Shown here: piece by piece, positions 30,978 through 40,497 of the stretch
How positions within the stretch are numbered: position 1 is the first letter of the stretch
Layout of the letters: each line of letters begins with the position of its first letter
Assembly: GCA_938048455.1 (NCBI GenBank)
Contig: CALIUY010000012.1
Location: forward strand, 154,538 to 218,537
Direction: 5' to 3'
Source of the DNA: an uncultured Desulfobacterales bacterium
GTDB lineage: Bacteria; Desulfobacterota; Desulfobacteria; Desulfobacterales; SpSt-501
Length of the DNA: 64,000 bases
Notes under the pieces: model-generated
Told to the model about the DNA's origin: nothing
The model's database searches: none
What the model saw: only the letters and a program-made list of their open reading frames with translations
Program-made: the position numbers and the translations under genes

Positions 30978-31012
30978 AAGGGGCGGCCGGGATGTGGCCC
31001 GACCGCCCCTTC
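30978..31012 (-). terminator. GC-rich hairpin between tatA and the dehydrogenase gene
   Basis: GAAGGGGCGG...CCGCCCCTTC, a 10-bp outer stem with inner pairing. On the minus strand it is followed by GGTTTG. Confidence 0.4.
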
Positions 31013-31056
31013 GACACGGAACCCCGACTGCGGGCCGAAAACGCCCGGTTGGTGCC

Positions 31057-31245
31057 TCAGGATTTCTTGGATTCGTCGATCTTCTCCGGGGCTTTCTTTT
31101 CCTTCCCGTCCTCTTCGGCGGCACCCTTGAAATTGCGGATCGCCTTGCCGATCCCGGAGCCGATCTCGGGGAGTTTTCCGGCGCCGAAGATGATCAGGAT
31201 GATCACCAGGATGATGATCAACTCGGGCATGCCGATTCCGAACAT
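31057..31245 (-). CDS. tatA: Twin-arginine translocase subunit TatA/E
   Basis: 62 aa, beginning [27 protein letters not shown], followed by an amphipathic, charged tail. GGAGG lies upstream. Confidence 0.9.
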   Translation of the reverse strand: MFGIGMPELIIILVIILIIFGAGKLPEIGSGIGKAIRNFKGAAEEDGKEKKAPEKIDESKKS

Positions 31246-31253
31246 GGGGCCTC

Positions 31254-31655
31254 CTAAACCTCCGGTCCGGGCGGCTCGAACTCCCGCAGGAGCCGGACGA
31301 ATTCCCGGGATTTGAGATAACGGTCGAGACTGCCCTGGTAGTCGATCCACTTGCGCCAGGTGTCGAGCCAGGCCTCGTTGTGCCAGTAGCAGTCCGGGTC
31401 GCCGCGCCCCTGAAGCCGCTCGAGGTAGTCGGTGTACTCCTCTTCGCAGGCCTCGCAGAAGCGGTAGGGCAGCCGGCGGCCAAGCGATGCACCCGCCCGC
31501 GGCTCGACCTGCGCGCCGCATTTCTCGCACTTGTGCGCGCAGCCCGTGCACTGCATGGCCCGCCGCACCGCAAGGGCCTTCTGCCGCCGCTGGAGGCCCG
31601 CTTTCTTTTCGCGGCTGGACTCGAGCTTGTCGTCGAGGGAGATGATGTCGGCCAT
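31254..31655 (-). CDS. Cys-rich hypothetical protein (putative zinc-binding)
   Basis: 133 aa starting MADIISL. Motifs [12 protein letters not shown] and FCEACEEEY. Ends 8 nt before tatA. Confidence 0.55.
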   Translation of the reverse strand: MADIISLDDKLESSREKKAGLQRRQKALAVRRAMQCTGCAHKCEKCGAQVEPRAGASLGRRLPYRFCEACEEEYTDYLERLQGRGDPDCYWHNEAWLDTWRKWIDYQGSLDRYLKSREFVRLLREFEPPGPEV

Positions 31656-31774
31656 CGCTGATCCTCGGTTCCGGCCGCCTCCCGATCCGATGGACGACCG
31701 CCCATCTTCCTTACCACCCCCCCGAAACCCTGTCAATTCGCGGGCAAGGCCGCTTTCCGGCGCGCCGCGCGCGT

Positions 31775-31803
31775 TTGACAGCGCTCGGGGAATCCCCTAT
31801 AGG
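31775..31803 (+). promoter_or_regulatory. Candidate sigma70 promoter for the MetE-like/MoxR/VWA operon
   Basis: TTGACA, 17-nt spacer, TATAGG; about 70 nt upstream of the ATG at 31873. Confidence 0.55.
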
Positions 31804-31872
31804 ACCCCCGAGGCGCGGGGCCGCCCGAGAGGAGTCCGTCCCGCGCCGCATCCTCTTCCGGCGCAGGCGGAC

Positions 31873-32967
31873 ATGGAGTCTCCCCGCTTCGAAGGCCAGG
31901 CGCTTCCCTGCCAGATCGGCAGTCTGCCCCTCAGCGATTACCGCGAGGCGGCCGAGTGGGTGGAGCGCTTCACCCCCGAGATCCCCCTCTGGGTGCAGCT
32001 GCCGCAGCTTCCCGGCGAGATGATCACCCGGCAGTTCGCGGCCGGTCTGCCGGGGTTGCGCGAGGCGGAGGGCCGGGTCTTCGTCGACACCGAGGGGGAA
32101 GACTTTCCCGGCGAGCTCGAGTCCTTCTACGCCGAGGTGCTGGAAATCGAGGAGGGCCTCCGGGATCTCGAGACCTCGCGCTTCGCCTTGCGGCCGGAGG
32201 CGGCGGGGGGCTTTTTCGAGCTTGAACGGCGCGCTTCCTCCTGGAAGACCCCCCCTTGGGCCGTGAAGGGGCAGATCATCGGCCCGGTCAGCTTCGGCAT
32301 GAGCTTCACCGACGGAGGCGGCCGCCCGATTTTTTACGAGCCCTCCCTGCGCGAGGCCCTGCTGCAACTGCTCGCGCTTCGGGCGCGCTGGCAGGTGCGA
32401 AGGCTCTCCGCCATCGCCCCCCGGGTGCTTCTCTTTTTCGACGACCCGGCGATCACGGCCTTCGGCTCTTCCCAGCACATCGGGCTTGCCCGCGAGGACA
32501 TCGTCCAGGGGCTCGCCGCCGTGATCGAAGCCGTGCATCGGGAAGGGGCGCTTGCCGGCGTGCACATCTGCGCCAATGCCGACTGGACGCTCGTTTTCGA
32601 CTCCGAGGCCGATATCGTCAGTTTCGATGCCTCCTGCTTTTTCGACCGTTTTGTGATCTACGCCGACCCCATCCGCCGCTTCCTCGCCCGGGGGGGCGTG
32701 ATCGCCTGGGGCATCGTGCCGACCCTCCACCCCGAGGATCTCGCGCGCGCGACGCTCGACGGCCTGGAGGCGCGCTTCCGGAATCAGGCCGGCCGGGTCT
32801 GCGCCCTGGGCGTTTCCGCCCCGCAGCTCCTCGCCCAGTCGCTCATCACCCCCGCCTGCGGCTTGGGGACGCTGCCCCGCGAGCTTGCCTGGAAAGGGCT
32901 TGAGCTCACGCGCGGCCTCTCCGAGCGCATCCGTGCGGGGATATCGATTCGCGAGGTGGCCACATGA
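31873..32967 (+). CDS. MetE/UROD-fold protein (cobalamin-independent methionine synthase-like), function unknown
   Basis: ATG at 31873. 364 aa. GVHICANADW and ITPACGLG resemble the His-x-Cys...Cys zinc ligands of MetE-C/UROD-fold methyltransferases. Confidence 0.55.
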   Translation: MESPRFEGQALPCQIGSLPLSDYREAAEWVERFTPEIPLWVQLPQLPGEMITRQFAAGLPGLREAEGRVFVDTEGEDFPGELESFYAEVLEIEEGLRDLETSRFALRPEAAGGFFELERRASSWKTPPWAVKGQIIGPVSFGMSFTDGGGRPIFYEPSLREALLQLLALRARWQVRRLSAIAPRVLLFFDDPAITAFGSSQHIGLAREDIVQGLAAVIEAVHREGALAGVHICANADWTLVFDSEADIVSFDASCFFDRFVIYADPIRRFLARGGVIAWGIVPTLHPEDLARATLDGLEARFRNQAGRVCALGVSAPQLLAQSLITPACGLGTLPRELAWKGLELTRGLSERIRAGISIREVAT

Positions 32968-33809
32968 ACGAGGCCGGAAATCGATTCCGGGGGGCGTCGC
33001 GCTATGTGATCGACGAGGAATTGGCGCGCATCGTAAACGTTTCGATCGCCCTCGAGATGCCGCTGTTGCTGAAAGGCGAGCCGGGGACGGGCAAGACCAT
33101 GCTCGCCCACGCGATCGCCGAGGCCCTCGAGATGCCCCTCATCGTCCTCAACGTGAAGTCGAGCATGAAGCTGGTGGACGCCCTCTACCAGTACGACACC
33201 CTGACCCGGCTGAACGACAGCCGCTTCGGAGATTCGCGGCGGGACGTGAGCCGCATCGAGGATTATATCCGCATGGGCAAGATCGGCCAGGCCTTCACCG
33301 CCGATCGACGCACCGTGTTGTTGATCGACGAGATCGACAAGGCCGACACCGACTTCCAGGACGACATGCTCGACGTCCTCGACCAGATGTCTTTCGACAT
33401 CATCGAAATCGACAAGACGATCCGCGCGCACCACCGGCCGGTGATCCTGATCACGAGCAACGCGAAAAAGGACCTCTCGGATCCCTTCCTCGGCCGCTGC
33501 AACTTCCACCACATCGCTTTTCCCGACCCCGAGATGATGCGGCGCATCGTCGCCGTGCACTTCCCGGATCTCGACCGCCGGCTTCTCGAGCAGGCGGTCG
33601 CGGCGTTCTACCGCCTGCGCCGCATCGAGGGCGTCGAAAAGCGGCCCGCGACCCGCGAGCTGTTGAACTGGATCCGCGCGCTGCAGGCGGATCCCGACTT
33701 CCGGCCGCGGGATCTCGAACGCGGCGAGCCGCCCTACCTGGGGGTGCTCTTCAAAAAAAGCCAGGATTTCCTGCGCGCGCGCGAGGCGACCGCTAGCAGG
33801 CGCTCCTGA
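32964..33809 (+). CDS. MoxR-like AAA+ ATPase
   Basis: Walker A GEPGTGKT and Walker B VLLIDEIDKA. 281 aa. ATGA overlap with the upstream gene. Confidence 0.85.
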   Translation: MNEAGNRFRGASRYVIDEELARIVNVSIALEMPLLLKGEPGTGKTMLAHAIAEALEMPLIVLNVKSSMKLVDALYQYDTLTRLNDSRFGDSRRDVSRIEDYIRMGKIGQAFTADRRTVLLIDEIDKADTDFQDDMLDVLDQMSFDIIEIDKTIRAHHRPVILITSNAKKDLSDPFLGRCNFHHIAFPDPEMMRRIVAVHFPDLDRRLLEQAVAAFYRLRRIEGVEKRPATRELLNWIRALQADPDFRPRDLERGEPPYLGVLFKKSQDFLRAREATASRRS

Positions 33810-33850
33810 GGGGACGAGGCGGACGCCACGCCGTTGCGGGAGGCCGGGGG

Positions 33851-35041
33851 GTGTTCATCTCCTTCTTTTACCGGTTGCGGGAGGCGGGGATCCCCGTCAG
33901 CCCGACCGCTTTTCTAACGCTCCACCGAGCGCTCGCGGCGGGGCTGGTCTCCTCGCTCGAGGATTTTTACGGCGCAGCGCGGAGCATCCTCGTGAAGAGC
34001 GAGCGCTGGTTTGACCGCTTCGATCAGGTCTTCGCCCGCAGCTTCCACGGAGCCGAGCTCCCCGAGCCGCGCGGTCCGGAGATCGATGCGCTCGCGCGCG
34101 CGCTCCTCGAATCGTGGCTGCAGGACCCCGGGGAGCTCGCCCGCGCGCTCGGGCTCGAGCCCGAAAGCCTGACGGGTCTTTCGCCGGATGCGCTCCTCGA
34201 GCTCTTTCGGCGGCGCCTGCGGGAGCAAACCGAAACCCACCACGGCGGCAGCCGCTGGATCGGAACGCGGGGGACCTCCCCCTTCGGTCACGCGGGCGTG
34301 CATCCCGGCGGGATGCGGGTCGGCGGCGTCTCCCGCAACCGCTCCGCCGTGCGCGTCGCCCTCGAGCGGCGCTACCGGGACTATTCCCAGGAGGGGCCGC
34401 TCACCCAGGCGCTTGTCGGCGAGGCGCTCAAGCGGTTGCGGCACCTCGTCCCCGCCGGGCCCCGCGACCGGGTGGACGTCGCGGCGACGATCCGGCGCAC
34501 GGTGCGCAACGCCGGCGAGATCGAAATCGTCTTCGCACGTGCGCTTCGCGATCGGCTGCAGGTGATTCTCGCGATCGACAACGGCGGCTGGTCCATGGAC
34601 CCCTACATCCCCGTCGTCCAGACGCTGTTCGATTACGCCCGCTCCCAGTTCAAGGATCTCAAGACCTACTTCTTCCACAACACGATCTATGCGACCCTTT
34701 GGGAGGACCCGGCGCGGTGGCGCAAGCCGCAGCCGATTGCGGACTTCGCCCGCCTCGACCCGGCGACTCGTCTGATCGTCGTGGGCGATGCGAGCATGGC
34801 GCCCTGGGAGCTCTATGCGACCGACGGGGCGATCGCGCTCGAGGAGCGCAGCGGCCAGCCTTCGATTGCTTGCTTGGAGTTCCTGGCCGAGACCTTCCGG
34901 CACCGCGCTTGGCTGAACCCGCGGCCGGCGGAGCGCTGGGCCGAGACGCGCACGATCGGGGCGATCCGCGGCTTCTTTCCCATGTTCGAGCTCACCCTGG
35001 ACGGCCTGGAGCAGGCGGTCGCGCATCTGTTGACCCCATGA
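33851..35041 (+). CDS. VWA domain protein, CoxE-like (partner of the MoxR ATPase)
   Basis: GTG start. 396 aa. The N-terminus FFYRLREAGIPVS is typical of CoxE-like/COG3825 proteins. The VWA core has an atypical MIDAS-like segment, AIDNGGWSM. Confidence 0.7.
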   Translation: MFISFFYRLREAGIPVSPTAFLTLHRALAAGLVSSLEDFYGAARSILVKSERWFDRFDQVFARSFHGAELPEPRGPEIDALARALLESWLQDPGELARALGLEPESLTGLSPDALLELFRRRLREQTETHHGGSRWIGTRGTSPFGHAGVHPGGMRVGGVSRNRSAVRVALERRYRDYSQEGPLTQALVGEALKRLRHLVPAGPRDRVDVAATIRRTVRNAGEIEIVFARALRDRLQVILAIDNGGWSMDPYIPVVQTLFDYARSQFKDLKTYFFHNTIYATLWEDPARWRKPQPIADFARLDPATRLIVVGDASMAPWELYATDGAIALEERSGQPSIACLEFLAETFRHRAWLNPRPAERWAETRTIGAIRGFFPMFELTLDGLEQAVAHLLTP

Positions 35042-35280
35042 GGCGGGCCGACCTCCGGGACCCCGAAGCGCCCCCGGGGCGGAAAGCGTTCATGGGCGCC
35101 GGCGAGCCCAAGAGCGGTGATGACCCTGGGAAGTCCCACCGGGCGGGGGAAACCATTTCCCGCGCAGTCAGCCGGGCGAAAAAGCCGTGAACCGGAGGAC
35201 CTCCAGGGGAGGGGGGTTCTGGAAGCCGCTTTTGAGGCGGGAAGTGCTGCGATGCGTGGAGAGCCCCGATGCCGCGCGGC

Positions 35281-35691
35281 TCAGGGAAAGGGCGCCTCCG
35301 GATCGACCGGACGGCAGGTGCCGGTTTCCGCCGCGGCGTGGACCTCGACGGGGAAGATGCCGGCCGAGACGTGGGCGAAGCGCCCGGCCGTCTTGTCGAC
35401 CACGAAGGTGTCGACGCTGCCGCTCACCGCGGCGACGAGCTGCAGCACGAGGATCTCCTCGGAATCGAAGATGCGGCTCAGCGCGGCGCGGATGTGGTTT
35501 TCGAAAACCGCCTTCGGGGCGGGCGAATCGAGACCGGCGAGGAGTATGCGCTTTCCGGCGTTCCCGGGGAGGCTCGAGCGCTCCACCGTGCACAGAAGCG
35601 CCTCCCCCACGCGGAAGGGTTCGCCTGCGGCCGCGGCGGAAGCCAGGGCCGGAAGAAGCAGGAGCGCCACGCGGGCGATGATCCGATTCAT
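35281..35691 (-). CDS. Small secreted hypothetical protein
   Basis: 136 aa with a signal peptide (MNRIIARVALLLLPALASAAAAG). Its start overlaps the stop of the upstream gene by 4 nt. Confidence 0.6.
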   Translation of the reverse strand: MNRIIARVALLLLPALASAAAAGEPFRVGEALLCTVERSSLPGNAGKRILLAGLDSPAPKAVFENHIRAALSRIFDSEEILVLQLVAAVSGSVDTFVVDKTAGRFAHVSAGIFPVEVHAAAETGTCRPVDPEAPFP

Positions 35692-37163
35692 TCGCTGCGG
35701 AACTTCGCCGTGTAGCTGAGCTTGACCTCTTTTCCCGGCGGCACGGAAAGGCGGAATTCGGCCTCACCGGCGGTCAACTTCCGGTGCGGGTGCGAGGCGG
35801 AAACGATCATCCAGTCGCCGGGGATCGACTCGATGACGCGCAGCGAAGTCTCTTCCCGGCGCTCGTTTCGCAAGAGCAGTTCCCAGGCGGTCTCGAAGGT
35901 GTCCGCGGCAAGCTTTTTCCATAGAATTTGACGCCGTTCGGCGATGAGGTCGAAGGCGCGTCCGGTCGTCAACCGCACGCTTTCACCCGGGGAGGCCGCT
36001 TTCAGACGGTCTTCTCCCGCGAACTGGAGCGCCCCCTGAGCGTCCGAACGGTAGACACGCACGATGCCGTACGGCAGCGGAATCCCCAGGCGGTTCTCCT
36101 TGCGGTTTTCAATCTCGAGCACGACGTAGGCGTTCTCGCGGGAAACCCCTTCCTGGCGGCGGTCGGAGCGATGGCGCCCAGGGGACACGAGCAGGAACTC
36201 CCGTTTGACGGCGAGACCCTCGGCGCCGAGAAAACGCAGCTGGGTCATCCGGCCCTGGCGGATCGTGGTCGGACGCTCCGGCCGAAACAGGTGTACTTCG
36301 CCGAATTCCTCCCGCGGCGCTTCCTCCATGGGGCGGTACGCCCGGATATGTTCTTCCGGGGAGTCGAAGCGCTTTTTCTTCCAGCGGAATCCCGTCTGCG
36401 GCAGCATGGGCACATCGCCGGCGACGAGGGTCACGACCGCCGCAGGGTAGGAAACCCCGCTTTCGTTTTCGATCGTCGCCCATCCCGTGAGCTCCGCGCG
36501 GTCTTCGCGCTCGGAAAGGACGAGCACGTAGTCCGCCTGCCAGCTCAGGCCGTGGACGAGGTAGGCCGCCTCGATCCGTTGCGGCCGGGAAGCGGCGTTT
36601 TCCACGATGAAGGCGAGCGCCGGGCGGCTGACCAGGCCCTCGGGGACTTTGGGGAAAATGATGCGGCCGGGGTGGTTGTAGGTGACCTCGTTGTCGATCA
36701 AAAAGACCGCTCCGCCCTCGATCGAGAGCAGCGTCGCCGGGATCTCATCCTGGCGCTCGCTGAAAGGGTTTTCGAAGAAAAGCTTGACCGTTTTGCCGAC
36801 ATGGCGCTCGAGCAGGCGCTGGGGGCTGATCAGGTCGGCTTCGTGGCGCTGCTCGAGGATCCGCAGCGGGGTCTCGCCCACGGCGTGCAGGCGGACGCTC
36901 TCCGGGAGGATTGTCGCGGGAATCTCCAGGAACTGGAACTCGACCGTGCCGAGGGGCAGGCTGACGCGGCGTTGGTCGCGCACGAGGCTGAAGTCGCCTT
37001 GATAGAGGGTGAGAAACAACGCCGCACGCTCCTCGACGCCGACGGCGATCGGTCGGGCGTCGTCTTTTTTCTCCTTGGGCGCGGCGAGCGAGGGCGGCAC
37101 CGCTCTCGGGCCGAGAAAGAGGAGGGCGAGGGCGGCCAGGCAAAGCAAAATCCGTGCGATCAT
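35688..37163 (-). CDS. DUF4139-like secreted protein
   Basis: Start chosen at MIARILLCLAALALLF (37163), which has a signal peptide. 491 aa, beta-rich composition. This is only the C-terminal part of the 1713-aa ORF in the track. Confidence 0.65.
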   Translation of the reverse strand: MIARILLCLAALALLFLGPRAVPPSLAAPKEKKDDARPIAVGVEERAALFLTLYQGDFSLVRDQRRVSLPLGTVEFQFLEIPATILPESVRLHAVGETPLRILEQRHEADLISPQRLLERHVGKTVKLFFENPFSERQDEIPATLLSIEGGAVFLIDNEVTYNHPGRIIFPKVPEGLVSRPALAFIVENAASRPQRIEAAYLVHGLSWQADYVLVLSEREDRAELTGWATIENESGVSYPAAVVTLVAGDVPMLPQTGFRWKKKRFDSPEEHIRAYRPMEEAPREEFGEVHLFRPERPTTIRQGRMTQLRFLGAEGLAVKREFLLVSPGRHRSDRRQEGVSRENAYVVLEIENRKENRLGIPLPYGIVRVYRSDAQGALQFAGEDRLKAASPGESVRLTTGRAFDLIAERRQILWKKLAADTFETAWELLLRNERREETSLRVIESIPGDWMIVSASHPHRKLTAGEAEFRLSVPPGKEVKLSYTAKFRSE

Positions 37164-37228
37164 CGGGGTCGGCTCCGCCGGGGGGAAAATCGGGGACTTC
37201 GGGTTTGGGTTCCCGGTCGGGATCGAAT

Positions 37229-38032
37229 TTAGCCGAAAGGCTCCGGATCGGCAAGGCCGTCGATCCCGAAGAGGCGGCAGGCGTTTTCCGTCACCCGACG
37301 GGCCAGTTCCCCGGGATCCTCGTCTCGGGCGGCGGCAAGCCGCAAAAGCACCCCTGCGACCCGCGCCGGTTCGTTTCGCGGCTGCCCTTTCCGCTCGGGG
37401 TCGGGGGTGAGCCAGGGGGCGTCGGTTTCGACGAGCAACCTGTCCGGCGGAATCCGCCGCACAAGCTCCCGCAAGGCGGCCCCACGCCCGGGAAAGGTGA
37501 TCCTCCCCGTGATGCCGATCAGAAAACCGAGTTCCAGATAGCCCTCGAGCTCGTCGGCCGTTCCGCTGAAGCAGTGCACGACCGCGCCCGCGGGCGGGGG
37601 GGCGGCGCGCACGATGGAGAGGAATCGGCCCCGGCTGGCGCGTTCGTGGAAGATGACCGGCAGGCCGCCCTCCGCGGCCGCGGCGAGCTGGCGTTCGAGC
37701 CATTTCTCCTGGAGGTCCTGCGGCGAGTGCAGGTAGTGGAAGTCGAGGCCGATTTCGCCCCAGGCGCGCACCCGGGGGTGAAGGGCGAGGTCTTGGAGCT
37801 CCTTCAGGGCCGCCTCCGAGGCGAGCCGCGCGTCGTGGGGGTGAATCCCCACGGCGGCGAAGACCCCCGGTTCGGCCGCGGCGATCGCCGCCGCGCGGCG
37901 CGAGGATTCCACGTCCGTGCCGACGGTCATCATGCCTCGCACGCCGGCCGCCCGGGCGCGGGCGATCACCGCCCCGCGGTCGGCGTCGAAGGCCGCATCC
38001 TCCAGATGGCAGTGACTGTCGAAGAGCGGCAT
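37229..38032 (-). CDS. tatD: TatD-family metal-dependent hydrolase
   Basis: Motifs PLFDSHCHL, GEIGLDFHY, HCFSG and ETDAPWL. The start is ambiguous: ATG 38032, or ATG 38062 / TTG 38065 upstream. Confidence 0.85.
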   Translation of the reverse strand: MPLFDSHCHLEDAAFDADRGAVIARARAAGVRGMMTVGTDVESSRRAAAIAAAEPGVFAAVGIHPHDARLASEAALKELQDLALHPRVRAWGEIGLDFHYLHSPQDLQEKWLERQLAAAAEGGLPVIFHERASRGRFLSIVRAAPPPAGAVVHCFSGTADELEGYLELGFLIGITGRITFPGRGAALRELVRRIPPDRLLVETDAPWLTPDPERKGQPRNEPARVAGVLLRLAAARDEDPGELARRVTENACRLFGIDGLADPEPFG

Positions 38033-38144
38033 GGGGGCCGGAGAAGGGTTGATTTGTTGCATCAATTTTGAAATTATGACCTCTTGCTTTGTTTGTCAGC
38101 GGTCTTCTTGCGGCCCCACCACTTTCCCGCCAGGGAGGAGGATC

Positions 38145-38990
38145 ATGTTCAAGATCGTCAAGCGCGAAGAGATGTCCCAGGGAACCGTGATTCTCAACGA
38201 AATCGAGGCTCCGCTCATCGCCCGCAAGGCCAAACCCGGCCAGTTCGTCATCCTCAAGGCCAACGAGACCGGGGAACGGATCCCGCTCACGATGGCCTAT
38301 ACGGATCCCGAGCGCGGCGTAATCGCGGTCATCTACCAGGTCGTGGGCAAGTCGACCGCGCTCTTCAAGACCCTCCAGGTGGGCGACGGCTACCAGGACG
38401 TCATCGGCCCCCTCGGCAAGCCGACCCACATCGAGAAGCTCGGCCGGGTGGTCTGCGTGGGGGGAGGCACGGGGGTCGCCGTGCTGCACCCGATCACCCG
38501 CGCGATGAAGGAGGCCGGAAACCACGTGATCGCAATCATCGGCGCGCGCACCCGGGACCTGCTCATTCTCGAGGACTTCATGCGGCGCGCTTCCCATGAG
38601 CTCCACGTCTGCACCGACGACGGCTCCTACGGCCGCAAGGGGTTCGTGACGCACGCCCTCAAAGACGTTCTCGACCGCGAAACGATCAATCAGGTCGTCG
38701 CCATCGGTCCGGTGCCGATGATGAAGTTCGTCTCCCAGCTGACCCGGCAGTACGGCGTGCCCACCCTCGTCAGCCTGAACCCCATCATGGTCGACGGCAC
38801 GGGGATGTGCGGCGGCTGCCGCGTCACGGTGGGCGGCGAGACGCGCTTCGCCTGCGTCGACGGGCCCGAGTTCGACGGCCACCAGGTCGATTTCGACGAA
38901 CTGATGCTGCGGCTGCAGGCTTACTGCGAGGAGGAAAAGGCCTGCTTTCAGGAATTCTGCATGATGGAAGAGTCCTGGCACCGCAAGTGA
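38145..38990 (+). CDS. nfnA: NfnA/SudB-like FAD/NAD(P)-binding oxidoreductase subunit with a C-terminal [2Fe-2S]
   Basis: ATG at 38145 after GGGAGGAGG. PyrK-like fold with Cys cluster MCGGCRV...FACVDGPEF. Confidence 0.8.
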   Translation: MFKIVKREEMSQGTVILNEIEAPLIARKAKPGQFVILKANETGERIPLTMAYTDPERGVIAVIYQVVGKSTALFKTLQVGDGYQDVIGPLGKPTHIEKLGRVVCVGGGTGVAVLHPITRAMKEAGNHVIAIIGARTRDLLILEDFMRRASHELHVCTDDGSYGRKGFVTHALKDVLDRETINQVVAIGPVPMMKFVSQLTRQYGVPTLVSLNPIMVDGTGMCGGCRVTVGGETRFACVDGPEFDGHQVDFDELMLRLQAYCEEEKACFQEFCMMEESWHRK

Positions 38991-39035
38991 ACCGTTCCCG
39001 GGTGCGCAACCGGAAATCCGTGGGGAGGAGATCGC

Positions 39036-40457
39036 ATGGCTGAAGAGGCGACGGTCAAGGAGAAGAAAACCAAGAAGGGCCGGGTCCCCATGCCCGAGCA
39101 GGATCCGAAGGAGCGGGCGCGCAACTTTCTCGAGGTTCCCCTGGGGTACAGCCCCGAGATGGCGCGGGAAGAGGCCTCGCGCTGCCTGCAATGCAAAAAC
39201 CCGGGCTGCGTCGAGGGCTGCCCGGTGGGGATCGACATCCCCGGCTTCATTCGTCTGATTGCCTCCGGGGAATTCACGGCGTCGATCCGTCACGTTTGGA
39301 AACAGAACAGCCTGCCCGCGGTCTGCGGCCGGGTCTGCCCGCAGGAGATCCAATGCGAGGGGAAATGCGTGCTGGCGAAGAAAGGCGAGCCGGTCGCGAT
39401 CGGAAACCTCGAACGCTTCGTCGCCGACTGGGAGCGGGCGCACGGATCGGGGGCGCTTCCCCCGAAGGCTTCGCCCACGGGCAAACGGGTGGCCGTGGTG
39501 GGCTCGGGGCCGGCCGGGCTCACCGTCGCCGGCGACCTCATCCAGAAGGGGCACGAGGTCACGATCTTCGAGGCTTTCCACAAGCCGGGCGGGGTGCTGC
39601 TCTACGGCATCCCCGAGTTCCGCCTGCCCAAGGAGATCGTCGCCCAGGAGGTGAACTTCCTCGAGCGGCTCGGGGTGAGGGTGCAGTGCAACGTGGTCGT
39701 CGGCCGCACGGTCTCGCTCGATGAGCTCTTCGCCGAAGGCTATCAGGCCGTCTTCCTCGGGCTCGGAGCGGGTCTGCCCAAGTTCATGAACATCCCGGGC
39801 GAAAACCTGGTCGGCATCCTTTCGGCGAACGAATACCTGACGCGGGCCAACCTGATGAAGGCCTATCTTTTTCCCCAGGTCGACACCCCGATCCCGCGCG
39901 GCAAGGACGTCGTCGTGCTGGGCGGCGGCAACGTGGCCATGGACGCCGCGCGCACCGCTTTGCGCCTCGGTGCCGACCGCGTGCGGCTCGTCTACCGGCG
40001 CTCGCGCGAGGAGATGCCCGCCCGGGCCGCCGAAGCGCACCACGCGGAAGAGGAGGGAATCGAGTTTTTCCTCCTCACCAATCCCGTGCGCTACCTCGGA
40101 AACGAAAAAGGCCGTCTCGTCGGCATGGAGTGCATCCGCATGGAATTGGGCGAACCCGACGCCTCGGGGCGCCGGCGGCCGATCCCGGTGAAGGGCTCCG
40201 AGTTCACGCTCGAATGCGACCTCTGTATCGTGGCCGTGGGGACGGGCGCAAACCCGTTGCTTACGAGCTCGACCCCGGATCTCAAGGTCAACAAATGGGG
40301 CTACATCGAGGCCGACCCCTGTACCGGAAAGACCTTGAAAAAGGGGGTCTGGGCGGGCGGCGACATCGTGACCGGGGCGGCGACGGTGATTCTCGCCATG
40401 GGAGCGGGCCGGCTCGCCGCCAATTCCATCCACGATTACCTGATGCGCGGCTGGTGA
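39036..40457 (+). CDS. nfnB: NfnB / glutamate synthase small-subunit-like NADPH oxidoreductase
   Basis: CLQCKNPGCVEGCP Fe-S motif, and dinucleotide motifs VVGSGPAGL and VLGGGNVAMD. 473 aa. Confidence 0.85.
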   Translation: MAEEATVKEKKTKKGRVPMPEQDPKERARNFLEVPLGYSPEMAREEASRCLQCKNPGCVEGCPVGIDIPGFIRLIASGEFTASIRHVWKQNSLPAVCGRVCPQEIQCEGKCVLAKKGEPVAIGNLERFVADWERAHGSGALPPKASPTGKRVAVVGSGPAGLTVAGDLIQKGHEVTIFEAFHKPGGVLLYGIPEFRLPKEIVAQEVNFLERLGVRVQCNVVVGRTVSLDELFAEGYQAVFLGLGAGLPKFMNIPGENLVGILSANEYLTRANLMKAYLFPQVDTPIPRGKDVVVLGGGNVAMDAARTALRLGADRVRLVYRRSREEMPARAAEAHHAEEEGIEFFLLTNPVRYLGNEKGRLVGMECIRMELGEPDASGRRRPIPVKGSEFTLECDLCIVAVGTGANPLLTSSTPDLKVNKWGYIEADPCTGKTLKKGVWAGGDIVTGAATVILAMGAGRLAANSIHDYLMRGW

Positions 40458-40497
40458 GCATGCGGGCGGCCGGGCGCGGTTTCCGCCGCCCGGCCGC

